Both the position numbers and the translations under genes were made by a program. The notes beneath the pieces were generated by a model that saw only the letters and a program-made list of their open reading frames with translations, did not search any database and was not told where the DNA came from. Of a DNA stretch of 64,000 nucleotides, positions 55,307-64,000 are shown in pieces. The DNA is from an uncultured Bdellovibrionales bacterium (GTDB taxonomy: Bacteria > Patescibacteriota > Minisyncoccia > Moranbacterales > GWC2-37-73): assembly GCA_964609855.1 (NCBI GenBank), contig CAZSTB010000005.1, forward strand, positions 1,467 through 65,466, in the 5' to 3' direction. The stretch's first letter is position 1. Every line of letters begins with the position of its first letter.

Positions 55307-55340
55307 TTAGGAATTAGGAGTTAGGTTGTAGGGATGAGGA
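55307..55340 (+). repeat. Heptamer array TTAGGAA|TTAGGAG|TTAGGTT|GTAGGGA|TGAGGAT, left flank of the intact four-helix-bundle gene. Overlaps its last codons.
   Basis: Strict 7-bp periodicity. Inverted relative to 55727-55759. Confidence 0.7.
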
Positions 55341-55676
55341 TAATTTATTTAGCATCCTCATTATTTCCTGTAGTAAGCAATCAATTGCTTTATACTTCAT
55401 TGGGTCAGAATAATTCAATCTTTTTGTGATTTCTATCTGCGTTTCAAGTTCTGATCCACTACCGTAAGCAATTATTAAAAAATGCCTGAATTCTTTTCTG
55501 CTGCTTCTTCTGCGGCCTTCAGCTATGTTTGAAGGGATAGAAACGGCAGCACGTCTCATTTGAGATATGATGCCATATTGTTCAGTTTTTGGAAAGTCCT
55601 CGGTTAGTTTGTATATTTCCAAGACCAAATCCATGGATTTTTGCCAAACAATTAGGTCTTTGTATGAAGTTATCAT
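55314..55676 (-). CDS. Four-helix-bundle protein (TIGR02436-type; the family first found in 23S rRNA intervening sequences), intact copy.
   Basis: ITSYKDLIVWQKSMDLVLEIYKLTEDFPKTEQYGIISQMRRAAVSIPSNIAEG matches the family core. Confidence 0.75.
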   Translation of the reverse strand: MITSYKDLIVWQKSMDLVLEIYKLTEDFPKTEQYGIISQMRRAAVSIPSNIAEGRRRSSRKEFRHFLIIAYGSGSELETQIEITKRLNYSDPMKYKAIDCLLQEIMRMLNKLSSSLQPNS

Positions 55677-55726
55677 GAGGATATGGAATTTGAATATTTA
55701 CTTCTAATTCTTTATGCTGGTAATAA

Positions 55727-55759
55727 GCTACAACCTAATTCCTACAACCTAAATCCTTA
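55727..55759 (-). repeat. Heptamer array, right flank (reverse complement AGGATTTAGGTTGTAGGAATTAGGTTGTAGC). Forms an inverted pair with 55307-55340 around the gene.
   Basis: gctacaacctaattcctacaacctaaatcctta on the + strand. Confidence 0.7.
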
Positions 55760-55765
55760 TAGATA

Positions 55766-56668
55766 CTATAGCCAATTTTTGAATTTGAATATTATAAAAG
55801 TTGAAATTGCGATGGCGGCCATTGCTCCAACATGAATCCAGAAAAGTGTTGGATTATTGGAGATGCTAGCACTCATAGAGATGATGCTGGAGTACAGCGT
55901 CAAAAGAAATATGATTATTGAAAAAGTTGTCAGAACTTTCATTGTGAAATCCAGTTTGTTTGAAAGCAGGGAATTGTTAGTTTCCTCCATAGATTCAATT
56001 GTTTCTTTATTGCTTTCCAGCGCATTCCAGATGCGGATGTTTGTGCCAGCCAAGTTTTGAAAATATGGCGCAAGGTCAGATGGAATCAGCTCAGTTTTCA
56101 TTTGAGCCAAAGATTCAATGATGTGTCGTTGAGGTTTCAGAGTTCTTCTGAAATTCAAAATATCACGCTTCACAATGGAAATTTCAAAAACCATTTCTTT
56201 TTCATTTTCGTTAAAAACCTGCTCCTCAATGTTAAGAAGTTTTTCATGAATATGGTCGATTCTTGGAAAACAGGAATCAAGCAGCATTTCCAGAATGCTG
56301 TAAAGTAGATGCGATGGACTTTGACTCATGAAAATTCGCCTTTTCCCTTCACTGGCTTCCAGTTCTGCGAAAAAACTGTCCAATTCAAGTATTTCCTTAT
56401 TGTGTCCTGTAATGAGATGATCCTTGGTAATCACAATGTCTAATTCTCCTGGATAAGTCGTTCTTATTTTCGTATCGTAAAGCGGGATGTGAATTGTCAG
56501 AAAAACACAATTATTGTAAAGAGTAGCTTTTGCTCGATAGGTTGGCGTAGCAAATTCTTCGATGGCAATTGGATGGATATCAAAATTTTCCTGCAAATAA
56601 AGTACATCGTCCGCGCTAGGATCCGAAAAGTCTGTCCAGGTTATATTTTTGAATGTTACTTGTTTCAT
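55766..56668 (-). CDS. CorA-like divalent cation transporter family protein. Divergent; the canonical GMN motif is not evident.
   Basis: About 300 aa: cytoplasmic domain plus two C-terminal TM helices, as in CorA/ZntB. Confidence 0.45.
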   Translation of the reverse strand: MKQVTFKNITWTDFSDPSADDVLYLQENFDIHPIAIEEFATPTYRAKATLYNNCVFLTIHIPLYDTKIRTTYPGELDIVITKDHLITGHNKEILELDSFFAELEASEGKRRIFMSQSPSHLLYSILEMLLDSCFPRIDHIHEKLLNIEEQVFNENEKEMVFEISIVKRDILNFRRTLKPQRHIIESLAQMKTELIPSDLAPYFQNLAGTNIRIWNALESNKETIESMEETNNSLLSNKLDFTMKVLTTFSIIIFLLTLYSSIISMSASISNNPTLFWIHVGAMAAIAISTFIIFKFKNWL

Positions 56669-56810
56669 GTTTTTCTTTTTTGTTTTTTAGTTGCACGAAT
56701 CTCTTGCCTGGTAAATATTTTTGTGTCTAATTTAAAAGGCATTATTATATTAAATTATACACTAAATCGCTTGATTGACAAAGCAAGGCAATCTATGTAG
56801 ATTAATAGAT

Positions 56811-57074
56811 ATGAAAGTGATGAAATTAGCTAAAAAAATGTTCTTATTTTTGATTAAAGTCTATCAAAAAGTTTTTTCTCTTGATCATGGGATACCTTCA
56901 TTTTTTTGGGGTGGTAGGATTTGTAGATTTCATCCATCCTGCAGTCATTATATGTATCAGGCAGTTGAAAGATTTGGAATTATTAAGGGTTTCTGGCTTG
57001 GATTGAAGAGATTTTTCAGGTGCCATCCCTGGAACGATGGGGGATATGATCCGGTGCCGAAGAGCAGGAGTTAG
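56811..57074 (+). CDS. yidD: Membrane protein insertion efficiency factor YidD.
   Basis: [18 protein letters not shown]...[14 protein letters not shown] is a near-complete YidD signature. Confidence 0.85.
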   Translation: MKVMKLAKKMFLFLIKVYQKVFSLDHGIPSFFWGGRICRFHPSCSHYMYQAVERFGIIKGFWLGLKRFFRCHPWNDGGYDPVPKSRS

Positions 57075-57180
57075 GTCGTAGGAAGTAGGTGGTAGGATGA
57101 AACTGGAATTATGAATTAGGCTGTGGGAATGATGTGGTAGGATTTAGGAATTAGGTGGTGGGTTGTGGTGATTAAAATTG
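57070..57180 (+). repeat. Two direct heptamer arrays (GCAGGAG|TTAGGTC|GTAGGAA|GTAGGTG|GTAGGAT ... TAGGATT|TAGGAAT|TAGGTGG|TGGGTTG|TGGTGAT).
   Basis: 7-bp periodic TAGG repeats in the same orientation. No cargo ORF between them. Confidence 0.55.
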
Positions 57181-57280
57181 GATTATTTATATATAAGCGG
57201 TAGTTTTTTAAAAATATGGAATGTGAAAATGGTAAATAAATCAAGTTTATAAATTATAGAAACATACTAGGAGGTAAGCG

Positions 57281-57463
57281 ATGGAAAATTGCGACGGAAA
57301 AGTAATAAACATGAAATGTCTCGGTTGCCAATTTCTTCCTTTGTGTTTGGAGGAAAAGGTGTTTTCAAAGGAGTTGGATGGAGATAAGGAAAAGTTGATC
57401 TTGAACTCTTGTCCGAAAACGGAAAAGGGCGATGGTCACATCGCTTGTTGTTGCTGCGATTAA
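57281..57463 (+). CDS. Cys-rich small protein (60 aa, 9 Cys, C-terminal ACCCCD) with a strong SD.
   Basis: AGGAGG 8 nt before the ATG. CxxC-type spacing in several places. Confidence 0.45.
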   Translation: MENCDGKVINMKCLGCQFLPLCLEEKVFSKELDGDKEKLILNSCPKTEKGDGHIACCCCD

Positions 57464-57557
57464 TGCATGATTACATATTCAAAAACAAGGAGGTGAAACT
57501 TGGTGAATTTTAAATTTTCCATTGGAATGTAACCTTAACCTGTAAAAGGAGTGATTT

Positions 57558-57797
57558 ATGCCGAGGAACCAGAGAGAAACAACCAGAATCATCGGCCGTG
57601 GAAAAAAAACAAGAAGCGCGGGCTTGATTGTTGCACCTCCAAGCAATGATGAGATCATCGTAACCGTTCATCCATCCTGTCCACTTAAGTCAGGTGGTTA
57701 CGTAGCGCCGGGAAATGGCCCGTTCGATACCATGCCACTTTCAAGCAGGGAATTGGATATCTGTCACAATAAATGCGGAAAAGCGTGCGTGCTGTAA
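57558..57797 (+). CDS. Small Cys-containing protein (79 aa) with an SD.
   Basis: AAGGAGTG 6 nt before the ATG. Terminator aaaccgctctga-gtatat-cagagcggttttt at 57818-57848. Confidence 0.45.
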   Translation: MPRNQRETTRIIGRGKKTRSAGLIVAPPSNDEIIVTVHPSCPLKSGGYVAPGNGPFDTMPLSSRELDICHNKCGKACVL

Positions 57798-57868
57798 TTA
57801 GCATGTCGCTTAAAGAAACCGCTCTGAGTATATCAGAGCGGTTTTTAATTTTTTTGTAAAAATAAAGA

Positions 57869-57895
57869 TTAGCACTCGGACTTGACGACTGCTAA
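57869..57895. promoter_or_regulatory. CIRCE operator (TTAGCACTC-N9-GACTGCTAA; one mismatch to consensus) overlapping the hrcA promoter TTGACG-17-TATAAT (57882-57910).
   Basis: ttagcactcggacttgacgactgctaa, followed by atcggcatat tataat. Confidence 0.75.
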
Positions 57896-57964
57896 TCGGC
57901 ATATTATAATGAATTTGTAATAAAGCTAGGAAGCTAAAAAGCTAAATCCTAATAAGTTGTTCAT

Positions 57965-58708
57965 ATGAACGAAAGACAAGAAAAAATTTTAGCAGCTGTC
58001 GTTGAAGAATATACTCAAACGGCTGTTCCTGTTGGGAGTCAGATTCTGGCTGGTAAATATGGCTTTCAGGTAAGCTCGGCAACCATCAGAAATGACATGA
58101 TGACTCTTGAGGAGGAGGGATATTTATATCAGCCACATATTAGTGCTGGTAGAATTCCAACTGATAATGGTTACAGATATTTTGTGGAAGAGGTCATGAA
58201 AGATAAGGTGCTTTCAAAAGAGGAACAGCAGATAATGCAAAAAGAATTTTTAAAATTAAAGGCTCAAAATAAACGACTCACGAGAACAACAGCGAAACTA
58301 CTTTCCCATGTTAGCGGAAATTTTGCTATCAGTAGTTTGCAGGAAAACGATGAATTTGCGGAATTTGGAATGCGCGAACTTATGGAGGCTCCGGAATTCC
58401 AAGAAATGGATGAAATGTGCAGGGTAGTTGAAATGCTGGATTATATCGATGAGAAATTTGACCAGCTGACAAAGGGTATTAAGGAGGGAGAAACGAGGAT
58501 ATTCATTGGGAAAGAAAATCCTATCCATCCAACTGCCAATTGTTCTATGATTGTTTCCCCCTATAGGTTGAAAAACGGCGAGAAAGGAATCCTGGCATTA
58601 ATCGGACCAAAAAGAATGAAGTATGCTCAGAACAAGTCTATGATTGATTATGTAAAAAAGCTCCTGGGAGCATCAATGGTGATAATAGTAATGATAAATA
58701 TCGTTTAA
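57965..58708 (+). CDS. hrcA: Heat-inducible transcription repressor HrcA (short form).
   Basis: N-terminal winged HTH (ILAAVVEEYTQTAVPVGSQILA). CIRCE site upstream. grpE-dnaK downstream. Confidence 0.8.
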   Translation: MNERQEKILAAVVEEYTQTAVPVGSQILAGKYGFQVSSATIRNDMMTLEEEGYLYQPHISAGRIPTDNGYRYFVEEVMKDKVLSKEEQQIMQKEFLKLKAQNKRLTRTTAKLLSHVSGNFAISSLQENDEFAEFGMRELMEAPEFQEMDEMCRVVEMLDYIDEKFDQLTKGIKEGETRIFIGKENPIHPTANCSMIVSPYRLKNGEKGILALIGPKRMKYAQNKSMIDYVKKLLGASMVIIVMINIV

Positions 58709-58845
58709 ATAATTTTCAATGCTCAATTCTCAATTTTCATTGAATTTTCAAATCATAATTATTGATAATGCATCTGTTTAAGAACTTTTTCATTGTAAAT
58801 TGATTGTGAATTGAAAACTGTAAATTGAAAATTGATATTAAATTT

Positions 58846-59436
58846 ATGTCAAAAGAACACAAAAAAATGAAAGATGAAAAAGAGTCGTCGCAAGAATCTG
58901 AAACCCCTAAAGATATTAAGGATATTGAAGAGGAAATTGTGATCGAGCAAGACCCGTCTGACGCCGAGGCAGTAAATGAAATTGCAGAGTTAGAGAAAAA
59001 GGCCTTGGAAAACTTGGAGGGATGGAAGCGTTGTCAGGCTGATTTTGAAAACTACAAAAAAATGCAGGCTGAGTCTCAAAAGGATATGGTGCGCTATGCT
59101 ACGCAGAATATTGTTATGGAAATCATTCCTGTGCTCGATAATTTCCACATGTCGACCGCGCATATTCCGGAAGATCAAAAGGACGGCGGATGGGTTGTGG
59201 GAATCATGCATATTCAAAAACAGTTGGAAAATGTTTTAACTGAAAATGGTGTCCAAGAAATTGCTCCCAAGATTGGTGAAAATTTTGATCCGGTAATGCA
59301 CGAAGCAATTGAAGACAAGGAGTGTACGCATTGCAAAAGTGAGAAAAAATTTGAAAATAAGATCAAAAGTGTGGCGATGAACGGATATAAGATTGGGGAC
59401 AAGGTGATTCGTGCGGCAAGAGTTGTAGTTGAATAA
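58846..59436 (+). CDS. grpE: Nucleotide exchange factor GrpE.
   Basis: RCQADFENYKKM and IPVLDNFHMSTAHI motifs. Confidence 0.85.
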   Translation: MSKEHKKMKDEKESSQESETPKDIKDIEEEIVIEQDPSDAEAVNEIAELEKKALENLEGWKRCQADFENYKKMQAESQKDMVRYATQNIVMEIIPVLDNFHMSTAHIPEDQKDGGWVVGIMHIQKQLENVLTENGVQEIAPKIGENFDPVMHEAIEDKECTHCKSEKKFENKIKSVAMNGYKIGDKVIRAARVVVE

Positions 59437-59442
59437 AAAAAG

Positions 59443-59478
59443 ATCCAAGCTCTCAGGAGGTGAAAAGCTTGGATCATG
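59443..59478 (+). terminator. Terminator after grpE.
   Basis: gatccaagct...agcttggatc hairpin. Confidence 0.6.
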
Positions 59479-59567
59479 CAGACAATCATTGAAAGTCTGC
59501 GCATACAGGCATTATAAACGGGGAAAGTTATTTGTCAATTTATGTTGAAATAAAAAGAAAGCGCCCG

Positions 59568-59774
59568 CTAAATGGGGCGCCGATAAGGATCGCAGTTTCT
59601 GCTAGAGGTGGTCAAGAGGTGTTTTTTCGCAAGGAATGAATTCGTCGCTGTGTTGTTCTTGGACTGGGAATCCGAAAAGATATATCTTCGGTTTTTTACC
59701 TGCAGGTGCCAAAACTTCTTCTTCCCCAGGCTTGACGATGACTTTCGGCTTTGTTTCTTCTGATAATCAGACAT
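59568..59774 (-). CDS. Small basic hypothetical protein (68 aa) with an SD and its own promoter (TTGACA-17-TATAAA at about 59820-59848, - strand).
   Basis: AGAGGTG 5 nt before the ATG. Near-consensus -35. The sequence is low-complexity, so the call is tentative. Confidence 0.35.
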   Translation of the reverse strand: MSDYQKKQSRKSSSSLGKKKFWHLQVKNRRYIFSDSQSKNNTATNSFLAKKHLLTTSSRNCDPYRRPI

Positions 59775-60050
59775 GGCACACCTCTTGAATTCATTGTTAA
59801 CGTACTAACGAGTATAGATTTTATATCACATATCATGTTCATTGTCAAGTACCGGGAAATAAAAAAAACCCGCATGGGCATTTGTTGAAATATCCCGCAC
59901 GGGCGAGCAGGCAAGCGCTGTGCCAAGCTCTGGATTCAGTATACAACGCACAATAGACAATATGCAACAGACAAAAGACAAAAGACAACATGCAAAATAC
60001 AACAGTCAAATGTAAAATACAACAACTACAATTCTAAACATGCAGGCACA

Positions 60051-60121
60051 TTGTCATTCCCATGAAAATGGGAATCCAGGTTCGAGAGAATCCACGGATT
60101 ATAAATTCATGGGAATGACAA
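60051..60121. mobile_element. MITE-like element TTGTCATTCC...GGGAATGACAA upstream of dnaK.
   Basis: 10-bp terminal inverted repeats. Internal hairpin attcccatgaaaatgggaat. Confidence 0.55.
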
Positions 60122-60224
60122 TAAAAATTAAATAATTTAATAAATTATAAAATCCTATTGGAATTACTATTTGTACATTTGTAAATTTGTAATAGATTTG
60201 TAATTTCGTAGGAGCAAAAAGAAT

Positions 60225-62150
60225 ATGGGAAAAATTCTCGGAATCGATCTCGGAACCACTAACAGCGCCATGGCGGTTGTGATGGGTGGAAAACCTGAAA
60301 TCGTGGAAAACAAAGAAGGTGCAAGAACAACCCCTTCAATGGTTGCAATTTCAAAAACCGGAGAAAGATTGGTTGGGCTTTTGGCAAAACGTCAATCAGT
60401 GACCAATCCTGCCAACACTCTTTATTCAATCAAGCGTTTGATTGGACGAGCTTATCATGACGCTGAAGTTCAGCGCGATGAAAAACTTATGCCATACAAG
60501 ATTGTGCATGCTGGAGAAATGGTGAAAGTGACCATGGGAGACAAGGACTACACTCCGCAAGAAATTTCTGCCATGATTCTTGGAAAATTGAAAGCTGACG
60601 CCGAAGAAAAACTGGGAGAAAAAATCACTGACGCTGTAATCACGGTTCCTGCATATTTCGATGACGCTCAAAGAAAGGCAACTAAGGAAGCTGGAGAAAT
60701 CGCTGGTTTCAATGTTCGTCGAATCATCAACGAACCGACAGCCGCAGCCTTGGCTTATGGTTTCGATAAAAAAGCTGACGAAAAAATCGCAGTCTATGAT
60801 CTTGGTGGAGGAACTTTCGATATTTCCATCTTGGAAGTTGGGGGAGACACGGTTGAAGTTAAATCAACCAACGGAGACACCCACCTTGGAGGAGATGACT
60901 TCGATCAGATCATCATTCAATGGATCATCGATGAATTCAAAAAACAGGAAGGAATCGATCTTTCAAATGATCCTCTTTCGCTTCAAAGAATCAAAGAAGC
61001 TGCTGAGAAAGCTAAGATCGAACTTTCAACTGCGGCTGACACTGAAATCAATCAACCGTTCATTACATCCGATGCAACCGGTCCGAAACATTTGGTGATG
61101 AAGATGACCCGCGCAAAACTTGAAGAATTGGTTGGCGAGCTTGTTGAAAAAACTTTGGAACCAGTCAAGAAAGCTCTTGCTGATGCAAAACTAACAGTTG
61201 GCGACATCAATGAAGTTGTGATGGTTGGAGGAATGACCCGCATGCCGCTTGTTCTTCAGACTGTTGAGAAATTCTTCGGCAAGAAACCGAACATCTCAGT
61301 GAACCCTGACGAAGTTGTTGCGCTTGGAGCTGCAATTCAAGGAGGAGTGCTGGAAGGTTCAATGAAAGATGTTTTGCTTTTGGATGTCACACCACTTACA
61401 CTCGGAATCGAAACAATGGGAGGAGTTTCAACTCCGCTTATTGATCGCAACACAACTGTCCCAACTTCAAAAACTCAGACATTTTCAACTGCCGCTGACA
61501 ATCAGCCAGGCGTTGAAATTCACGTGCTCCAAGGTGAACGCGAATTGGCTTCTGGAAACAAGACTCTTGGAAAATTCCTGCTTGATGGAATTCCACCAGC
61601 ACCACGCGGAGTTCCTCAGATTGAAGTTGAATTCGACATTGATGCAAACGGAATTCTGAATGTGACTGCCAAAGACAAAGCAACTGGAAAATCTCAGTCA
61701 ATCAAAATCGAAGCTTCATCCGGACTTTCAAAAGAAGAAATCGAGAAGATGAAGAAAGATGCTGAAATGCATGCTGAAGAAGACAAGCAAAAGAAAGAAT
61801 TGATTGAAGCTCGCAACATGGCTGACACTCTTGTCTACACAACCGAGAAAGCGATGCGAGATGCTGGCGATAAAGTGACCGAAGAGGAAACTAAGCCAGT
61901 GAAAGATGCAATCGAAGAACTTAACAAAGTGAAAAACGGAGAAGACTTGAATGAAATCAAGGCCAAAACCGAAGCGCTTTCACAAGCTGCCCAAAAGATT
62001 GGTGAAAAACTTTACGCTGCCGCTCAAGAAAAAGAGAAGGCTGATAAAGAAGCCAACGCCGGCGCAGAAGGCGAGACAGTGAAAGAGGCCGAAGTTGAAT
62101 CAGATAAAAAAGATGAGACTGAGGAAAAGAAAGACGAAGACAAAAAATAA
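60225..62150 (+). CDS. dnaK: Chaperone DnaK (Hsp70).
   Basis: [16 protein letters not shown] and other Hsp70 signatures. EEKK-rich C-terminal tail. Confidence 0.95.
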   Translation: MGKILGIDLGTTNSAMAVVMGGKPEIVENKEGARTTPSMVAISKTGERLVGLLAKRQSVTNPANTLYSIKRLIGRAYHDAEVQRDEKLMPYKIVHAGEMVKVTMGDKDYTPQEISAMILGKLKADAEEKLGEKITDAVITVPAYFDDAQRKATKEAGEIAGFNVRRIINEPTAAALAYGFDKKADEKIAVYDLGGGTFDISILEVGGDTVEVKSTNGDTHLGGDDFDQIIIQWIIDEFKKQEGIDLSNDPLSLQRIKEAAEKAKIELSTAADTEINQPFITSDATGPKHLVMKMTRAKLEELVGELVEKTLEPVKKALADAKLTVGDINEVVMVGGMTRMPLVLQTVEKFFGKKPNISVNPDEVVALGAAIQGGVLEGSMKDVLLLDVTPLTLGIETMGGVSTPLIDRNTTVPTSKTQTFSTAADNQPGVEIHVLQGERELASGNKTLGKFLLDGIPPAPRGVPQIEVEFDIDANGILNVTAKDKATGKSQSIKIEASSGLSKEEIEKMKKDAEMHAEEDKQKKELIEARNMADTLVYTTEKAMRDAGDKVTEEETKPVKDAIEELNKVKNGEDLNEIKAKTEALSQAAQKIGEKLYAAAQEKEKADKEANAGAEGETVKEAEVESDKKDETEEKKDEDKK

Positions 62151-62155
62151 TCTTT

Positions 62156-62187
62156 TTAAAGAGCGAGGCATTTAGCCTCGCTCTTTA
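62156..62187. terminator. Bidirectional terminator after dnaK.
   Basis: aaagagcgaggc-attt-agcctcgctcttt. Confidence 0.8.
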
Positions 62188-62195
62188 ATATAAAT

Positions 62196-62969
62196 ATGGA
62201 AAAGATAAAAAAATATATTAGAGATGTTTTAAAGGTGCTCATACCAAATGAAATTATGAGAAAATCATCATTTATGGCGCTTGTTTCTGCGTTTTTAATT
62301 CTAAATTTTTTAGGATGGCTCATAGCTAAATTTTTAGATTTGTTTTTCTTGAGTTGGTTTTCGAAATATGGTGGTAAATTTATCACATACATACTGAGTC
62401 TTATTTTTAAGCCATTTAATGTTAATTTTTTGGTGGTCTTTTTGTATTCAATCTTTTTTATTATTGTCTATAGGTTTTTCGATAAAAAATATCTTAATAA
62501 AAAAGAAGGTGTTGTTATTTATGAACATGATTTCAGATATGGTGATAGTGGTTGGGTTAAAAATTATTGGGGATCAACCAATCCGCAGAAGACAAATAGG
62601 ATTGAAAATCAATCTATGATATTTGAAGCAACACCAGGGGAATTATTGCATGAAAATAAAGAATTTGGAGCATATCATGATTTATCTGATGGAATTTATG
62701 AAGGAAATGAATACGAAGTTTCTTGTGTGGTAAGATCTGAACCTGATACAACAATGAAATTTCAAATATGGATACATGACGATATAACAGGCAATGGATC
62801 AACAAGGAGGGCGCGTTTTCCTGAACAACCGGAGACTCCAGCAGAAACTTTAAAAACCATACGAACAAGGTTTGTAGCAAGTAATACAAATGCCATGAGA
62901 ATACATCTACATAATATAGGAGGTAATGGAAAAATTATTATAGAAAGTGTTAAGGTTGTTAAATTGTAA
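62196..62969 (+). CDS. Hypothetical membrane-anchored protein (257 aa).
   Basis: Two N-terminal TM helices and a soluble C-terminal domain. Confidence 0.4.
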   Translation: MEKIKKYIRDVLKVLIPNEIMRKSSFMALVSAFLILNFLGWLIAKFLDLFFLSWFSKYGGKFITYILSLIFKPFNVNFLVVFLYSIFFIIVYRFFDKKYLNKKEGVVIYEHDFRYGDSGWVKNYWGSTNPQKTNRIENQSMIFEATPGELLHENKEFGAYHDLSDGIYEGNEYEVSCVVRSEPDTTMKFQIWIHDDITGNGSTRRARFPEQPETPAETLKTIRTRFVASNTNAMRIHLHNIGGNGKIIIESVKVVKL

Positions 62970-62985
62970 TTTTTTGCAAAAATTA

Positions 62986-63294
62986 ATGAAATTCATCATC
63001 ATCTACATCACTCATAAAAGTCTCAAAGAGGCGAAGAAAGTTGCTGAGCATTTGCTTGAGAAAAAAATGATTGCGTGCGTGAACTATTTTCCAATCCAAA
63101 GTTCTTATTGGTGGAATGGAAAAATTGAAAATGCAAAAGAAATTGTATCTCTTGTTAAGACTAAAAAAGAAAATTGGACAAAGATTAAAAAGGAAGTTGA
63201 AAAAATCCATCCTTACGACGTGCCATGCATAATGAAAATTGAAGTTGAAGCAAATGGAGATTATGCAAGATGGATAGAAAAAGAAACGAAATAA
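62986..63294 (+). CDS. cutA: Divalent-cation tolerance protein CutA.
   Basis: MKFIIIYITHKSLKEAKKVAEHLLEKKMIACVN and HPYDVPCI match the CutA1 fold. Confidence 0.8.
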   Translation: MKFIIIYITHKSLKEAKKVAEHLLEKKMIACVNYFPIQSSYWWNGKIENAKEIVSLVKTKKENWTKIKKEVEKIHPYDVPCIMKIEVEANGDYARWIEKETK

Positions 63295-63625
63295 AAAAGA
63301 GGCGGGGATTTATGTTTCACCATTTGAAGTACGTAGGCAATGCGCAAGTGGACGAGCGTAAAAATTTTCGCGAGACGACTCGAGAGGTGCAGTGAAATTT
63401 TAGCTCGGTAGCGTAGCGCATGCCACAGTATCTTCATCAGGCGAGAGTTTTCTTTCCTCCAGGTTTCTTTTGCGGAAAAAGAAATGTGGAAAACTATAAA
63501 AAGCCTCGCGACATTATTGCAATACCTTGGTTATTATAGAGAAATGCGCTGCATGATTCATACCTCCGAATGTGAAAAATGGTTGCACTCAAAAACTTTC
63601 TAAACAAAAGCTTGTAAAAAATTTT

Positions 63626-63665
63626 AAGGGACCTTGCGATATTGACCGCAAGGTCCCTTTTTTAC
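63626..63665 (+). terminator. Strong rho-independent terminator.
   Basis: gggaccttgcg-atattgacc-gcaaggtccc followed by TTTTTT on the + strand. Confidence 0.75.
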
Positions 63666-63949
63666 GGAAGCAGATCTAGATACTCAGGCGCATCAAAGAT
63701 GTATTCCGTCCGCCACCATGAGGTGTGCGCTCTTCCTGCATGAGAGGTTACAAGTTTGTAACCTACTTCAATGAAGCGGTTGATAATTGCCAGGGATTTT
63801 TTTGCACTGGAATCGCAATCATCGGTCAGTGCGTTTACTACCGATTTGAACAGGGACCCACTCTTGATTTTTGAGCTGGGTAAGTAGTAAACATCAACAT
63901 TTATTGCATTGCTATCGTCAAATTCCTGTATGCTAACTTTTACCAACAT
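63662..63949 (-). CDS. Hypothetical protein (95 aa) with a strong SD.
   Basis: AAGGAGG 6 nt upstream of the ATG on the - strand. Confidence 0.45.
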   Translation of the reverse strand: MLVKVSIQEFDDSNAINVDVYYLPSSKIKSGSLFKSVVNALTDDCDSSAKKSLAIINRFIEVGYKLVTSHAGRAHTSWWRTEYIFDAPEYLDLLP

Positions 63950-64000
63950 AAAGCCTCCTTTTCAAAGTGCTACTTTGGGATATAAAGCTAACCATATATT

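Noticed and set aside
1-64000. CRISPR arrays, rRNA genes, transposase/integrase genes
   Set aside because: No regularly spaced direct repeats with unique spacers, no rRNA-like conserved stretches, and no ORF with transposase/integrase motifs (DDE, tyrosine recombinase R..HxxR..Y) were seen. The mobile-looking elements here are all non-autonomous.

Overview
AT-rich (roughly mid-30s % GC by eye), gene-dense bacterial chromosome segment using the standard code (TGA is used as stop). Gene content and architecture suggest a reduced-genome Patescibacteria/CPR-like organism: short AlaRS without C-Ala, most genes without Shine-Dalgarno, a porGDAB operon, peptidoglycan genes and 'four-helix-bundle' genes. 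This lineage call is inference. Housekeeping backbone: folC, trmD, ftsW-murG-murC, a P-type ATPase, murB, hpf, porG-porD-[insert]-porA-porB, tRNA-Thr, a rubrerythrin-like gene, a ZIP transporter, prfB (with the classic +1 programmed frameshift at CTT TGA C), ftsEX, recQ, secDF, tyrS, pheST, mnmA, alaS, rplU, recR, dnaB, cysS, yidD, hrcA-grpE-dnaK, cutA. The non-coding fraction carries at least three distinct repeat families. (1) A composite hairpin repeat of about 130-155 bp with at least four full copies plus two mini copies. (2) MITE-like elements with TTGTCATYC...GGRATGACA termini, one of them inserted in frame inside folC. (3) Arrays of 7-bp periodic repeats (TTAGGNN or NNNGGTA) that flank both 'four-helix-bundle' (23S-IVS-type) genes as inverted arrays and also occur as empty inverted arrays; the copy inside the por operon is a pseudogene (frameshift plus in-frame TAG). 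Also notable: two unrelated adjacent genes at the window start share a nearly identical ~80-nt 5' leader with a perfect 8-bp palindrome; SecD carries a parvulin-type PPIase domain; a soluble TraD/VirD4-like ATPase sits next to a membrane protein and a sigma-r4/HARE-HTH protein; two Cys-rich SD-driven small peptides lie upstream of a CIRCE-controlled hrcA. No rRNA and no CRISPR array were seen. Coordinates of hand-mapped small features may be off by 1-2 nt.
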